Source: a virus (lineage: Duplodnaviria > Caudoviricetes). Taken from it: DNA of 60,558 nucleotides. Position numbers and translations under genes: made by a program. Position 1 is the stretch's first letter. Each line of letters starts with the position of its first letter. The notes under the pieces were generated by a model. That model made no database searches. It saw only the letters and a program-made list of their open reading frames with translations, and was not told the origin of the DNA. Shown one piece after another: positions 19,756 to 29,823 of this stretch. The DNA lies in IMG/VR virus record IMGVR_UViG_3300023078_000002, positions 1 through 60,558 of that record; one strand, 5' to 3'.

Positions 19756-19935
19756 TCAGGTGTCGTCGGCGCGCACGATCTGCATGACGCGGCTGTAGCT
19801 AAGGCCGACGATCTCGCCGATCGCGCGGTAGCTCATCCCGGCCTCCGAGGCGGCGCGGATCGCTGCGTCTCGGGCGGCGCGCGCGTCGGCGTACTTGCTG
19901 ACGGCCTTGCGAAGAGCGCGTTCGTGATCGGGCAT
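19756..19935 (-). CDS. Small HTH repressor (59 aa), antisense to the early operon
   Basis: Not in the ORF track; MPDHERALRKAVSKYADARAARDAAIRAASEAGMSYRAIGEIVGLSYSRVMQIVRADDT; TACACT 6 nt upstream of ATG. Confidence 0.8.
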   Translation of the reverse strand: MPDHERALRKAVSKYADARAARDAAIRAASEAGMSYRAIGEIVGLSYSRVMQIVRADDT

Positions 19936-19989
19936 GAACCTAGTGTAGAAAACTTGACAGCGCAGGGCAAGGTGTGTAGTTTTGTAGAC
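19936..19989. promoter_or_regulatory. Divergent leaderless promoters with TGTAG repeats
   Basis: TTGACA(19954)-17 nt-TAGTTT(19977)-7 nt-ATG(19990); TGTAG at 19944, 19975, 19983. Confidence 0.8.
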
Positions 19990-20415
19990 ATGCCCTACGT
20001 CGTCACCACTTACCGCATGACCGCCGCACAGATCGCCGAGTCAGACGAGCCGATCTACCCCACCATGCGCCATGTCGAGACGCTGGACGAGGCGAAGCAA
20101 GCCGCCAGTGAGATCATCGATCGGGCATGGGGGCCGTACGCGCCGACGCCCACGACAAGCGTCATCGACGACGGCCGCCACTACCAGTTCCGGTCGGACG
20201 CGCTGAGGATCCCCGAGTCCGGCGGCACGCTCGGCCCGCTGCCGGACGGAACGGTGGTGGAGATCGTCGAGGAGGTCGAGGAGGGCGCGGGCTTCTGCCC
20301 GCACGGCATTCACCACTCGCGGTGGTGCGCGCAGCCGGACTGCGATGGTCCCCGGTGCGGGCACCGCCACAACTCGCTGCGGTCGCGGGAGGACGGTGCC
20401 AGCCATGGCCGATAG
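19990..20415 (+). CDS. Hypothetical protein, first gene after the internal promoter
   Basis: MPYVVTTYRMT...; C-terminal CPHG..C..C..C..H cluster. Confidence 0.65.
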   Translation: MPYVVTTYRMTAAQIAESDEPIYPTMRHVETLDEAKQAASEIIDRAWGPYAPTPTTSVIDDGRHYQFRSDALRIPESGGTLGPLPDGTVVEIVEEVEEGAGFCPHGIHHSRWCAQPDCDGPRCGHRHNSLRSREDGASHGR

Positions 20416-20418
20416 CCC
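20387..20418 (+). repeat. 32-bp gene-junction direct repeat, copy 1
   Basis: GGGAGGACGGTGCCAGCCATGGCCGATAGCCC identical at 24571-24602. Confidence 0.95.
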
Positions 20419-20848
20419 GCAGACCACGCGCGAGGAGGCGGTGCGCTGGCTGGACACGATGCCCGCCCGCGAGTGGGGCGTGGTGACGTCCAGTGCGTCC
20501 GGCCTGATCGACGGTCAGCCGTGGATCAACCACAACACGGTCGATGCCCTCCGCACGCGAGGTCTCGTGGAACTCGAAGCGGACATCGAGTACGGCCACA
20601 ACGTCCGCCTGAACGACGCGGGCCGCCGTGCCGCGGCGGGCTCGACGGGAGGCGAGACGCCATGAGGTTGGTCATCGCCGCGTTCTGGACCGACACCGAC
20701 GACGAGGAGACGGTGGACGCGATCGTCAGCGCGATGAAGCCGGTCGCGCTACCTCGCTCCGGCGGGGTCGCCACGCTGGTCGAGCCGCCCGACGTCGCCC
20801 TGCGTCAGACGCTGCGCTCGATCGAAGGCCTTGAGGAGGCGGCCGACT

Positions 20849-22081
20849 ATGCCTGAGAGCCAGCAGCGGCATCGGGCAGGAAACACGCGCTGGCGGATCG
20901 AGGTCGGCGACTGTCGCGAGGTCCTCGCCGCGCTGCCGGCGGAGAGCGTCCAGACGGTCGTGACCTCGCCGCCGTACTTCGGCCTGCGCGACTACGGCAC
21001 GGGCGAGTGGGTCGGCGGCGACGCCGCCTGCGATCACCGCGAGGGCCACCAGACCGGGCGCGTCACCCCGGCGTCCAAGAACGGCATGGACGTGGCGAAC
21101 GTCACCCGCTGGTCGACCTGCGGGCGCTGCGGCGCCGTGCGCGAGGACCGCCAGATCGGCCTGGAGGCCACGCCCGAGGAGTTCGTCGACGCGCTCGTCG
21201 CCGTATTCCGCGAGGTCCGGCGCGTACTGCGCTCGGACGGGACGCTGTGGCTGAACCTCGGCGACAGCTACGCGACGCGCTGGTCGTCGCGGCGCAGCGA
21301 TGGCGGCCGCGCCGGGCTCGCGCCGGGCGTCGACCGCGCGCGCCACCACGCGCCGCCGGCGGGCTACAAGAACAAGGACCTGATCGGGATCCCGTGGATG
21401 GTCGCCTTCGCGCTGCGCGCCGACGGCTGGTACCTGCGCTCGGAGATCGTCTGGGCCAAGCCCAACCCGATGCCCGAGTCGGTCACCGACCGGCCGACGC
21501 GCGCGCACGAGCAGATCTTCCTGCTCACCAAACGGCCCAGCTACTACTTCGACGCGCAGGCGATCCGCGAGCCCGCTGTGTCGCCGTTCGATGATGGCGC
21601 CACGTGGGAGGAGCGCAAGGCCGCCGGTGCGACGTGGGGCAACGTCGAGAACCCGAAGTCGGGAGGCGGGACCCAGCGCGCCGTGCTCGGCGCGGGCGTG
21701 TCGGCGCACCTCGGCGATGGTCGGACCCGGAATCGCCGCGACGTCTGGACGGTCGCCACCAGGCCGTTCGCCGATGCGCACTTCGCGACGTTCCCGCCCG
21801 ACCTGATCGAGCCGTGCGTGCTCGCCGGCGCGCCGCGCGGCGGCGTCGTGCTCGACCCGTTCGCGGGCGCCGGCACGACCGGGCTCGTCGCGGTCCGCGC
21901 CGGCCGCGAGTTCGTCGGCGTCGAGCTGAACCCGGACTACGCCGCGCTGGCCCGCGAGCGAATCGAGACCGACATCCGGCTCGGCCACCGGCCGCCGCAG
22001 CGCGCGGTGGCCGCCGCGCCGGGCGCGCTGGACCTGTTCACCGCGGCGGAAGGGGAGGCCGATGGAAGCCTCGTCGCTTAG
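20849..22081 (+). CDS. DNA amino-methyltransferase (N4-C/N6-A, beta class)
   Basis: GDCREVL, VVTSPPY, LWLNLGD, IVWAKPNPMPES, HFATFP, VLDPFAGAGTT. Confidence 0.92.
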   Translation: MPESQQRHRAGNTRWRIEVGDCREVLAALPAESVQTVVTSPPYFGLRDYGTGEWVGGDAACDHREGHQTGRVTPASKNGMDVANVTRWSTCGRCGAVREDRQIGLEATPEEFVDALVAVFREVRRVLRSDGTLWLNLGDSYATRWSSRRSDGGRAGLAPGVDRARHHAPPAGYKNKDLIGIPWMVAFALRADGWYLRSEIVWAKPNPMPESVTDRPTRAHEQIFLLTKRPSYYFDAQAIREPAVSPFDDGATWEERKAAGATWGNVENPKSGGGTQRAVLGAGVSAHLGDGRTRNRRDVWTVATRPFADAHFATFPPDLIEPCVLAGAPRGGVVLDPFAGAGTTGLVAVRAGREFVGVELNPDYAALARERIETDIRLGHRPPQRAVAAAPGALDLFTAAEGEADGSLVA

Positions 22082-22120
22082 CGGGCATCGCACCTGCCGG
22101 CCAAAGGAGCACACCGCCTG

Positions 22121-23032
22121 ATGGCGTGGCTGAAGCTCACCGACGAACTGTGGAGCAACCGTAAGACGCAGCGCCTCCTGAAGCGTGGCCGCAACGGGTC
22201 CGGGCTGACCGCTTTCGGGCTTCACATGGCCGGCCTGTTGCACTGCGCGAAGTACCTCACCGACGGCTACGTGGAGCCGGATTTTGTTGAGGAGACGCTC
22301 GACGATGCGAAGGTCAGCGGCAAGCGCCGCGCTGAACTGGTCGACGCTTTGGTCCGCGGAGGTCAGTGGAATGTCAAGGGCGACGGGTGGCTCATTCACG
22401 ACTACCTCGACCACAACCCGTCACGCGAGGAAGTCCTTGAACGCCGCGCGCGGGATGCGGCCCGGAAAGCCAGGGGTCGCGAGGCTCAGTCCGCTGACGA
22501 TCCGCAGGATGTCCGCGCGGACGCCGCGGGGACGGACGCTGGCACCAACCTGGAGTCCGATGGTCCCGTCCCGTCCCGTCCCGTCCCGACCCACACCAGA
22601 GATGATGAGACGCACGCGAGCGCGCAAAAGCAGCATCCGCTCTTCGACCAAGTCATGGGGCGCCTGGAGGCGGTCGCCGATCTGTTGCCGGTCGAGGGCG
22701 ACGACATGGGCGTGCTCGCTGAGATCCGTGCCGCACAGGACGGCGGCGAGGACGTGCTCGAGCTGGTCGACGCGACGGTCGCTGCGATTCGCGACTACCA
22801 CCGTCGCGGCACGCTCACCGCACGTGCGCCGAGCGGCGTGATGCGCGGACTGCGTACCCGGCGAGCGCAAACGCGGGACCTTCAGCTTGCGGTGGAGAGC
22901 ACGAGAGCACGGGTGGCCTACGAGCGGCCGGCCAAGCTCAACCACGCATCGGAGGCGGAGCGTCTCGCAGCCGAAGCTGAAGCTGAAGCTGATCGTTTGG
23001 AGCGCGAACAGGAACGGGGGCGGGCGGCATGA
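22121..23032 (+). CDS. Replication initiator protein
   Basis: MAWLKLTD..N.K; CAKYLTDGYV; WLIHDYLDHNPSR; PVPSRPVP linker typical of actinophage Rep. Confidence 0.75.
   Translation: MAWLKLTDELWSNRKTQRLLKRGRNGSGLTAFGLHMAGLLHCAKYLTDGYVEPDFVEETLDDAKVSGKRRAELVDALVRGGQWNVKGDGWLIHDYLDHNPSREEVLERRARDAARKARGREAQSADDPQDVRADAAGTDAGTNLESDGPVPSRPVPTHTRDDETHASAQKQHPLFDQVMGRLEAVADLLPVEGDDMGVLAEIRAAQDGGEDVLELVDATVAAIRDYHRRGTLTARAPSGVMRGLRTRRAQTRDLQLAVESTRARVAYERPAKLNHASEAERLAAEAEAEADRLEREQERGRAA
22563..22592 (+). repeat. (GTCCC)x5 + GACCC tandem repeat inside rep
   Basis: Read directly; encodes the PVPSRPVP linker. Confidence 0.9.
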
Positions 23033-23760
23033 ACGGAGCAGAGGGACTGCGGATCTACGCGATGGTGATCAAGCGCTGGTCGCACTCCAAGGTCGTTCGT
23101 GACCAGATGCTCGACGACCTCGCCGACATCCAGTTCGACCATGCCAGGGTTGCGGTCGAGATGCTTTACCGGGAAGGCCGCGAGCACGCCCCGAACGGGG
23201 CGCAGATCCGGTTGCGGATCGTCAAGGCCGCGTTGAACGCCCCGGACTGGGGGACGGTCAAAGCGGAGATCGACCGGCGTCGTCGTGCCGTCGGCGGGGC
23301 ACGGTGGGCGCACAACATCCAGTGCCCCTACGGCTCCTGTGACGGCACCGGCCTCATCGCCCCAGACGACAACGACGACCGGCCCAAGCACGAGCTGACC
23401 TCCCGCTACTGCGAATGCCGCGAAGACCTGTCAACCAGGATCGCGGAGCTGACCGGCATCCACTGGATGGTCGACGAGTTCATTCGTGTCGTCGGCCGGG
23501 CGGAGATCGCCGCCCTCGACGGTGACCGGGTCGCCGAAGCACAGGTGCGCACGAAGTGGGAGGCGCACGTCAAGCGCGTCCAGGCCGGCACCGTCTTTCA
23601 CGGCCTCGATACCGCCGGTCTGCCCGAACTCGAACAGCTTCGCCGCGAGACCGCGGTCCGCGCCGGCCTGATGCCAACGGATCAGCAGGGCTTGCGGAAG
23701 CCGTCGATGCGTCAAGCACTCCAAACCACCACCACCCCAGAAGAAAGCGAAGCCGCATGA
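23029..23760 (+). CDS. Putative helicase loader/inhibitor with Zn finger
   Basis: Follows rep; LADIQFDHARVAV...P..AQIR resembles G39P-like loaders; CPYGSCDGTG..YCEC. Confidence 0.5.
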   Translation: MNGAEGLRIYAMVIKRWSHSKVVRDQMLDDLADIQFDHARVAVEMLYREGREHAPNGAQIRLRIVKAALNAPDWGTVKAEIDRRRRAVGGARWAHNIQCPYGSCDGTGLIAPDDNDDRPKHELTSRYCECREDLSTRIAELTGIHWMVDEFIRVVGRAEIAALDGDRVAEAQVRTKWEAHVKRVQAGTVFHGLDTAGLPELEQLRRETAVRAGLMPTDQQGLRKPSMRQALQTTTTPEESEAA

Positions 23761-23995
23761 GCACCATCAACTCCCTGCCGTGGATCGACGTCAAGTTCCA
23801 CACCAACGATGACGTGGTAGAGCCCGCGGTCAACTGGGTCGGCGAGCCCGGTGGGATCGAGGTCGACCGGTCCGACAAGGACGAGGTCGGTCTGCACTTC
23901 CGTCACGTCAACGACGAGGACGCGACCATCTCGGCATACATGACCCGGGCCGACGCGCTCGCGCTGGCGCACGTCCTCACCGCGAAGGCTCTCGC

Positions 23996-24331
23996 ATGAG
24001 CACGCGTCAGCACGGGGCTCCGGACCGCTCCTATCAGCAGCGCATGGACGCGCTCAAGAAGGGCAACGATGTCCGTCACCGCCGGTCGGAGTTGAAGCGC
24101 AACCTGAAGGGCGGCCGCGTTCAGCCGTTGCCGTTGTTGGTGGACCCGCCGTGGTGGCTTGACACGTTCAAGGTCATCGACCTGTTGATCGCCTGCCCGA
24201 AGAACGGAAGGGTCCGCGCGAACGCGGTGTTGAAGCGGTTGCAGATCAGCCCATCGAAGACCCTGGGCGGACTCTCGGATCGTCAACGACAAGCACTCGC
24301 CAACCATTTGCGTCGGGGTGATTCGGCATGA
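23996..24331 (+). CDS. mihF: Actinobacterial integration host factor (mIHF/sIHF-like, H2TH)
   Basis: QRMDALKKGNDVRHRRSELKRNLKGG...KVIDLLIACPKNGRVRA...ISPSKTLGGLSDRQRQAL. Confidence 0.85.
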   Translation: MSTRQHGAPDRSYQQRMDALKKGNDVRHRRSELKRNLKGGRVQPLPLLVDPPWWLDTFKVIDLLIACPKNGRVRANAVLKRLQISPSKTLGGLSDRQRQALANHLRRGDSA

Positions 24332-24570
24332 CCGGGACGTCGCTTCTCTTGGTTGGACGGACGCGCTGATGTTGGTGCAGATCGCAGCGCGTAAGGGCCG
24401 CATTGACCGGATCCCCAATGGCCAGGAGCCGGTCATCGAACTGCACCTGGAGCCCCGCCAGTACGTGACCAGGCTCGACATCAGCGACAACCGCTACTCG
24501 AACGGTGACCGTAAGACGTTCGACGCGTGGTGGACCGCCTGGGTCGCCACGCCGTTGGGCGACACGGCGG

Positions 24571-24602
24571 GGGAGGACGGTGCCAGCCATGGCCGATAGC
24601 CC
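24571..24602 (+). repeat. 32-bp gene-junction direct repeat, copy 2
   Basis: Identical to 20387-20418. Confidence 0.95.
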
Positions 24603-25038
24603 CGAGAAGGTCCGCGTGTTCACCGCGGACGACGTCGAGGTCATCGTCGAGTTCTTCGGCGGCAACGCGGCGCGGTTCCGGCAGCTCGTCGACGCCGGGG
24701 ACCGCGAGGTCCTGAACGTCGGGCTCGTCTGCGAGTGGGACGACGACCACGGCAAGAACACCATGCGCCGACTCGTCGGGCCGTGGGTCGAGAAGCCCGC
24801 ACCGAAGTCGGGAGAGGAGGGCTCGACCGATGCCCGATAGCCCGACACACGGGGGCCAACGGACGTCCGCTGACCGGACCTCGTCGCTTTGCGGGCAACG
24901 CGCGCGCTGGCGCAAGCGTCTCTGGAAGCCGGTCGTCGGCGACGACGGCAGCTACTGGCTCGACCACCCGACCGAGCTGCGGATGCGTCGTGTCAGCCGG
25001 CTGCGCTGGCGGCTGCAGCGCGCGATCAGGAGGATGGC

Positions 25039-26226
25039 ATGACGGCACACGGCTCGGTCATTGACCTGTTCGCCGGGCCCGGCGGCTGGGACCTCGGGGC
25101 CCGCGCGCTCGGGCTTGACCCCGTCGGCCTGGAGCTGGACGACGCCGCGTGCGCGACCCGCCGCGCGGCCGGGCTGCGGACGATGCAGTGCGACGTCGCC
25201 GCGGTCGGCTTCGATTCGGGCTGGCTGGATGGCGGGCGCCGCTACGGGCTGATCGCGTCGCCACCGTGCCAGTCCTTCAGCGCCGCGGGCAAGGGCAAGG
25301 GCCGGGCAGACATCGAGGCGATCCAGCACGTCGCGCTCGGGCTCGCAGCGGGCGAGGACCTCAGCGCGACGCTCGGCGCCCACGCCGGCGATCCGCGGTC
25401 GATGCTCGTCGTCGAGCCGTTGCGCTGGGTGCTCGCCCTGCGTCCCGAGTGGACGTGCTGGGAACAGGTTCCGCCGGTGCTGGCGTTCTGGGAGTTCTGC
25501 GCGCCGCTGCTGCGCACCGTCGGCTACGACGTGTGGACCGGCCACCTCCAGGCCGAGGCCTACGGCGTCCCGCAGACCCGCCGCCGTGCGTTCCTGATCG
25601 CCAGCCGCACGCGCCCCGCGGTGCCGCCCGCCCCGACCCACAGCCGCTACTACCCGCGCGACCCTGGCCGCCTGGACCCCGGCGTCATGCCGTGGGTGTC
25701 GATGGCCGAGGCGCTGGGCTGGGGCATGACCGAGCGCCCGTCGATGACCGTGTGCGCCGGCGGCACGAAGACCGGCGGTGCGGAAATCTTCGGCAACGGC
25801 GCCAGGCAGGGCATGCGCCGCGAGATGGAGCGCGGCGCATGGGTGCTGCAAGGCAACAACTCGGTCGAAGGCGTCGGGCGCGCCCAGCGTGACATCGAGC
25901 ATCCGGCCCTGACCGTCGGCACGCGCGCTGACCTCTGGACGTTCCGGCGCCCGGCCACGACCGTCAACTGCGACCCTCGGATCTCCAAGCCCGGTCGCCA
26001 CGACCCGAACATCTCCGGCTCCCAGCAGGCGGGCGCGATCCGCGTCACCGCCCAGGAGGCCGCGGTCTTGCAGTCCTTCCCGGCCGACCATCCGTGGCAG
26101 GGGACCAAGACCAAGCAGTTCGAGCAGATCGGCAACGCCGTCCCGCCCCTGCTCGCCATGCACCCGCTGAGCGCCGCCACCGGCATCGCCATCCCGACCC
26201 GAGAGGAGGCGGCCGATGCCGCCTGA
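25039..26226 (+). CDS. DNA cytosine-C5 methyltransferase
   Basis: DLFAGPGG (I), SPPCQSFS (IV), EQV (VI variant), YGVPQTRRR (VIII), EAAVLQSFP and QIGNAVPP (IX-X). Confidence 0.93.
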   Translation: MTAHGSVIDLFAGPGGWDLGARALGLDPVGLELDDAACATRRAAGLRTMQCDVAAVGFDSGWLDGGRRYGLIASPPCQSFSAAGKGKGRADIEAIQHVALGLAAGEDLSATLGAHAGDPRSMLVVEPLRWVLALRPEWTCWEQVPPVLAFWEFCAPLLRTVGYDVWTGHLQAEAYGVPQTRRRAFLIASRTRPAVPPAPTHSRYYPRDPGRLDPGVMPWVSMAEALGWGMTERPSMTVCAGGTKTGGAEIFGNGARQGMRREMERGAWVLQGNNSVEGVGRAQRDIEHPALTVGTRADLWTFRRPATTVNCDPRISKPGRHDPNISGSQQAGAIRVTAQEAAVLQSFPADHPWQGTKTKQFEQIGNAVPPLLAMHPLSAATGIAIPTREEAADAA

Positions 26227-27916
26227 CCAGCGATCTCTTCTGCAACAACGCACGAGCGGACTGAAGGCGCCCGCGGCAGCGGTCACGGAGGCCGCGCTCG
26301 CGCTCCGGCGCTTCAGCAGCCTGCACGCCTCGCTGCGCTCTGCGGTCGCGCGCGTCGCGCTGGATCATGGCCTTGCGGCGATGGCGCTGCGGGAGCCGAC
26401 CGACGATCGCGACATGGACCTCGACGGCGTTCGCGCCGGGCTGACGAAGTGGATGAAGGCCGGGGCTCAGCCGTGGGAGCTGCCCGCGGCGGCCGTGCAC
26501 TTCGTGCTGGCCTGCCACGGCGCCGAGTCCGTCTCGGCTGGGACCTACGACGCCCTGCAAGCGGTCAGCGACGCGTGCGAGGACTGCGGCGGCGACGGCT
26601 ACCACCAGGACGACAGCCACCCCGGCAACCCATCGTTCACGTGCGAGGCCTGTGCCGGGCACGGCCGCGTGCCGAAGGGTTCTCAGGAGATGCTCCGCGT
26701 CGAACGGGCGGCGCGCGAGCTGAGCGCGATGCTCGACGGCGAGCCCGGGATGTGGACGCTCGGCGACACCATCATCGAGGACGACGAGGCAGCCAACGCA
26801 CTGCTGAGCCTCCACGACCACCTCAACGACCTGACCAACGCACGGGAGGCCGTCGATGCCTAACGAAGCGTCGTCCCTCCGGGGCCAAAACGCGAGCGTG
26901 AAGCTGCGCCTGGAGGTCGTCGTCGAGTACGAGGCAGATCTCGGCGACTACGGAGTGGCGACCGCCGAAGCGGCTGCGCGCATCGACCAGCAGCAGTTCG
27001 ACGACGACCTCACGGTCCTGGTCTACGTGCTGGAGAACGCCCAGTCCTACAAGGCCACCGTGACAGCGGCCCAGGACCGGATCCCCGAAGGCGCGCGCGT
27101 GCGCGTCACGACCGGCGACTACGCCGGGAAGGTCGGCTTCTACGAGGGTCGCGGCACCGACGACGCGGGCCACCGCGTGTGGCTCGACGGCGACCACGTC
27201 CGTGACACTGCGGTCGAGGTCGACGGCGTCGAGCTGGCAGAGGCTCCTGGCCAGAAGCAGGAGCTGGACAATGGCTGAGATCGACTACGTGTTCGCGCTC
27301 AGGACGACGGATCGCTACGTCGCGGCGGTGGTCGAGGACGAGCTGACCAAGTCGCTGGAGAAGGTCACCGAGCGCCTCGACGGCTACCGCTTCGATCTTG
27401 TGCTGGAGAAGCGCGACAGCGACCGCGAAGCTGCCCTGACGACCGAGGCTGACGTGGCGCTCGACACCGCGCCGGGGTCGGACCGATGAGCAGGACGCAT
27501 GCCGTTCTGACCGTCGAGGACGAGCGCACACTGTGCGGCCGGACGCCCGACTTCTGGGCCGCGCCGAATGGCCTGGTGATCCTCGCCGAGGGCGACGACA
27601 TCGCCGCCGTGGACTGCCTTGCATGCGGCCGAAGCCTCGCTGCTCTTGGCGACTCGCATCAGCCTGAGGAGCCCTCATGATCCGTCTACATCGCCGGCCA
27701 AAAGCACGGGTGGTTGCGCGCAACGTGGACCTGGTGATTCACGAGTCTGGGATGCCCGCGGTCCAGACGCGCAGGTTGAACCGTCGGCAGTTCGACGCGA
27801 TCACCGAGTGGATCGAGTTGGTGCGCAAGGACGGGTTGCCGCACGTCATCCAGTCCACGGAGGTCAACGAACGTGAAGGGATCGTGCCGCTACCCGGAGA
27901 GGACCACCATGAGTGA
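26216..27916 (+). other. Run of coupled hypothetical genes (26216-26863, 26856-27278, 27271-27489, 27486-27680, 27677-27916)
   Basis: Overlapping start/stops; 26216-26863 has DnaJ-like CxxCxGxG motifs. Confidence 0.55.
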
Positions 27917-28112
27917 GCTGCGGCCGGTTCCGGACGAGGTCGTGACGAGTGAGGAGTTGGCGGTGTTGTTGAAGGTGTCGCCTTCGACGGTGAAGCGGTG
28001 GCGTGGGGAGGGGATGCCGTGGCATCCGTGGGGGCGGCGGCTTGTTCGGTTTAGGGTGCGCGAGGTGATGTGCTGGCTTGACGAGCAGGACCAACACGAA
28101 AAGGCTGCCTGA
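27909..28112 (+). CDS. xis: Excisionase-like winged HTH
   Basis: VTSEELAVLLKVSPSTVKRWRGEGMP....RLVRFRVREVMCWL; TGATG-coupled to the integrase. Confidence 0.8.
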   Translation: MSELRPVPDEVVTSEELAVLLKVSPSTVKRWRGEGMPWHPWGRRLVRFRVREVMCWLDEQDQHEKAA

Positions 28113-29260
28113 TGGCGATCGGCAAACCGCGCGGGAAAAACGGTGCGCGCCCGGTGTACGTCTACAACCCGGCGGTGGGCAAGAAGGTGTACGTCGGGTC
28201 GCGCACGAAGCTGCGCGGCAAGGGCGGCGCCGAAGAATTGGCGCGGCAGAAGGCGGAGGAGTTCGCCAACGCCGCGCCGCCTGGGGCCCCGGTCAACGAC
28301 GGGTACACCGTCCGGTCCTGGTCTGTCGAGTGGCTCGAGGACCACCATGGTCCGGGCACGACCCGGCCCGAGCGGGGGACGCGGGTCACCAACGAAGGTA
28401 ACTTAACGACCTATCTCAAGGCGTTCGGGGAGCGCGCCCTGGACGGTGGAGTCGGTCGCAAGGAGGCCCTGGCGTGGGCTCGCGAGCGGCCGTGGGCGGC
28501 CAAGACCGTGTCTGCGATGTACAACGAGGCGATCAACCTTGAGGTCTGCGAGCGGAACCCGCTGGCCAACCGTCAGCAGCCCGGCAAGCGCGAGCGAAAG
28601 TTCATCAAAGCCATCACCGAGCAGGAGACCGACCGGATCGCAGAGATCGCCCTGGACGAGTGGGGCCAAGACGGCTACGGCCGCACGGCCCGTTCGTGGA
28701 CGCTGTTCGCTGCCTGGGTCGGCGCGCGCCCAGGGGAGACGTTCACCGTCGAGTTGAACGACATGAACTTCGACGCCGGCACTGTGAAGGTCCGCCGGGT
28801 CAAGAAGCGCGGCGGCCGGTTCCCGACCGACATCATCGTGCTGCCGGAGATCGTGATCGAGTCGATCACGGCCATGCCGTTTCGGCCGACCGAAGGGCCG
28901 CTGTACCGGACGGTGCAGGGCAAGCCGTTTGCTCAAGGGTCGCTGCGCTACTACTGGGAGCCGATCCGTGCCCGCTTCCGGCAGACCGTCGACGACGAAC
29001 GCTGGGCAGAGCTGCTGGACGGCGCCGAGGGCGGCGAGCACTTTGACTTCTACGCGCTGCGTCACCGGGTCGCGTCGCACATCGTGGCGATGGGCGGCAA
29101 CGAGTACGACGCCGCTCATCAACTCGGCAACAGCCCGCGGGTGTGCCGAGAGACCTACATCCACAACAACGCCGACCAGCGCAACGAACGTAACCGCGGA
29201 TTCCTGGTGTCGTCGAAGGTCGTCGACCTCGACTCTCGACGTGACCGGAAGGGTGCGTGA
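28112..29260 (+). CDS. int: Tyrosine integrase
   Basis: GARPGE (R), KK in beta hairpin, FYALRHRVAS (HxxR variant), QLGN, TYIH catalytic Tyr. Confidence 0.9.
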   Translation: MAIGKPRGKNGARPVYVYNPAVGKKVYVGSRTKLRGKGGAEELARQKAEEFANAAPPGAPVNDGYTVRSWSVEWLEDHHGPGTTRPERGTRVTNEGNLTTYLKAFGERALDGGVGRKEALAWARERPWAAKTVSAMYNEAINLEVCERNPLANRQQPGKRERKFIKAITEQETDRIAEIALDEWGQDGYGRTARSWTLFAAWVGARPGETFTVELNDMNFDAGTVKVRRVKKRGGRFPTDIIVLPEIVIESITAMPFRPTEGPLYRTVQGKPFAQGSLRYYWEPIRARFRQTVDDERWAELLDGAEGGEHFDFYALRHRVASHIVAMGGNEYDAAHQLGNSPRVCRETYIHNNADQRNERNRGFLVSSKVVDLDSRRDRKGA

Positions 29261-29271
29261 TGCGCGGCACG

Positions 29272-29489
29272 ATGGGTAGCAATCATGGGTTACAACCGAC
29301 CGGTATCGCATTACCTGCGGGGTTTCGCACCAACCGGGGGCGCTGGGGCCACGTTCGGACCACTAGAGACCTCAACGGTTCACCCCCATTCCGGCTGGCC
29401 GAATCGGCACCGACGCTCCCGGAACCGGTCCAACGGAGGGGCAGCAATTTGGGATGCAACCCCACTTGCTGCCCAATGATGGGTTGCAA
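29272..29489. other. Putative attP with arm-type repeats
   Basis: Six GGG-NN-RCAA repeats (29272, 29285, 29438, 29449, inverted 29466, 29479) in two clusters flanking a ~140 bp spacer just 3' of int. Confidence 0.65.
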
Positions 29490-29646
29490 GTCGTGGTCGA
29501 CGCCCGGCCGTAGCGGTGTACTACATCTAACGGCCCCCGCGCCAGTACGCGGAATCCCGCGTCCCATCTGGGGTTTGGACCGCCAGGGGACCGCTACCGA
29601 CCGCACCCGTGGGCAACGAACTGTCGCGCGATTGTCGCGCAGGCGG

Positions 29647-29823
29647 CTACTTGCGGTCGCCGAGCGAGGGGATCTGCTTCGACGGATCGAGTCCCCGGCG
29701 CTCGGCCTCGACCACGTGCGCTTCGAGCACGCGGTTGACCCATCGCTCGAACGGGATGTCGCCGCGTACGGCGTCGATGCGTGCGGCGAGGTCTTCGCTG
29801 ACGCGTGGTCGCTTGACGGCCAT
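29647..29823 (-). CDS. Ribbon-helix-helix-like repressor (58 aa)
   Basis: MAVKRPRVSEDLAARIDAVRGDIPFERWVNRVLE; TACCAT 6 nt upstream of ATG. Confidence 0.7.
   Translation of the reverse strand: MAVKRPRVSEDLAARIDAVRGDIPFERWVNRVLEAHVVEAERRGLDPSKQIPSLGDRK

Noticed and set aside
19285-19989. N-terminal 235 aa of the 376-aa ORF
   Set aside because: Overlaps the nuclease gene and the antisense HTH; a consensus promoter points to ATG 19990
20726-22414. Long antisense ORFs (also 24952-26286, 28403-29311, 48726-49910, 57131-58105)
   Set aside because: Shadow frames of well-supported genes, expected in high-GC DNA; no motifs
29340-29400. tRNA, tmRNA or SRP fragment as att core
   Set aside because: No T-arm/acceptor or SRP loop motif convincingly identified
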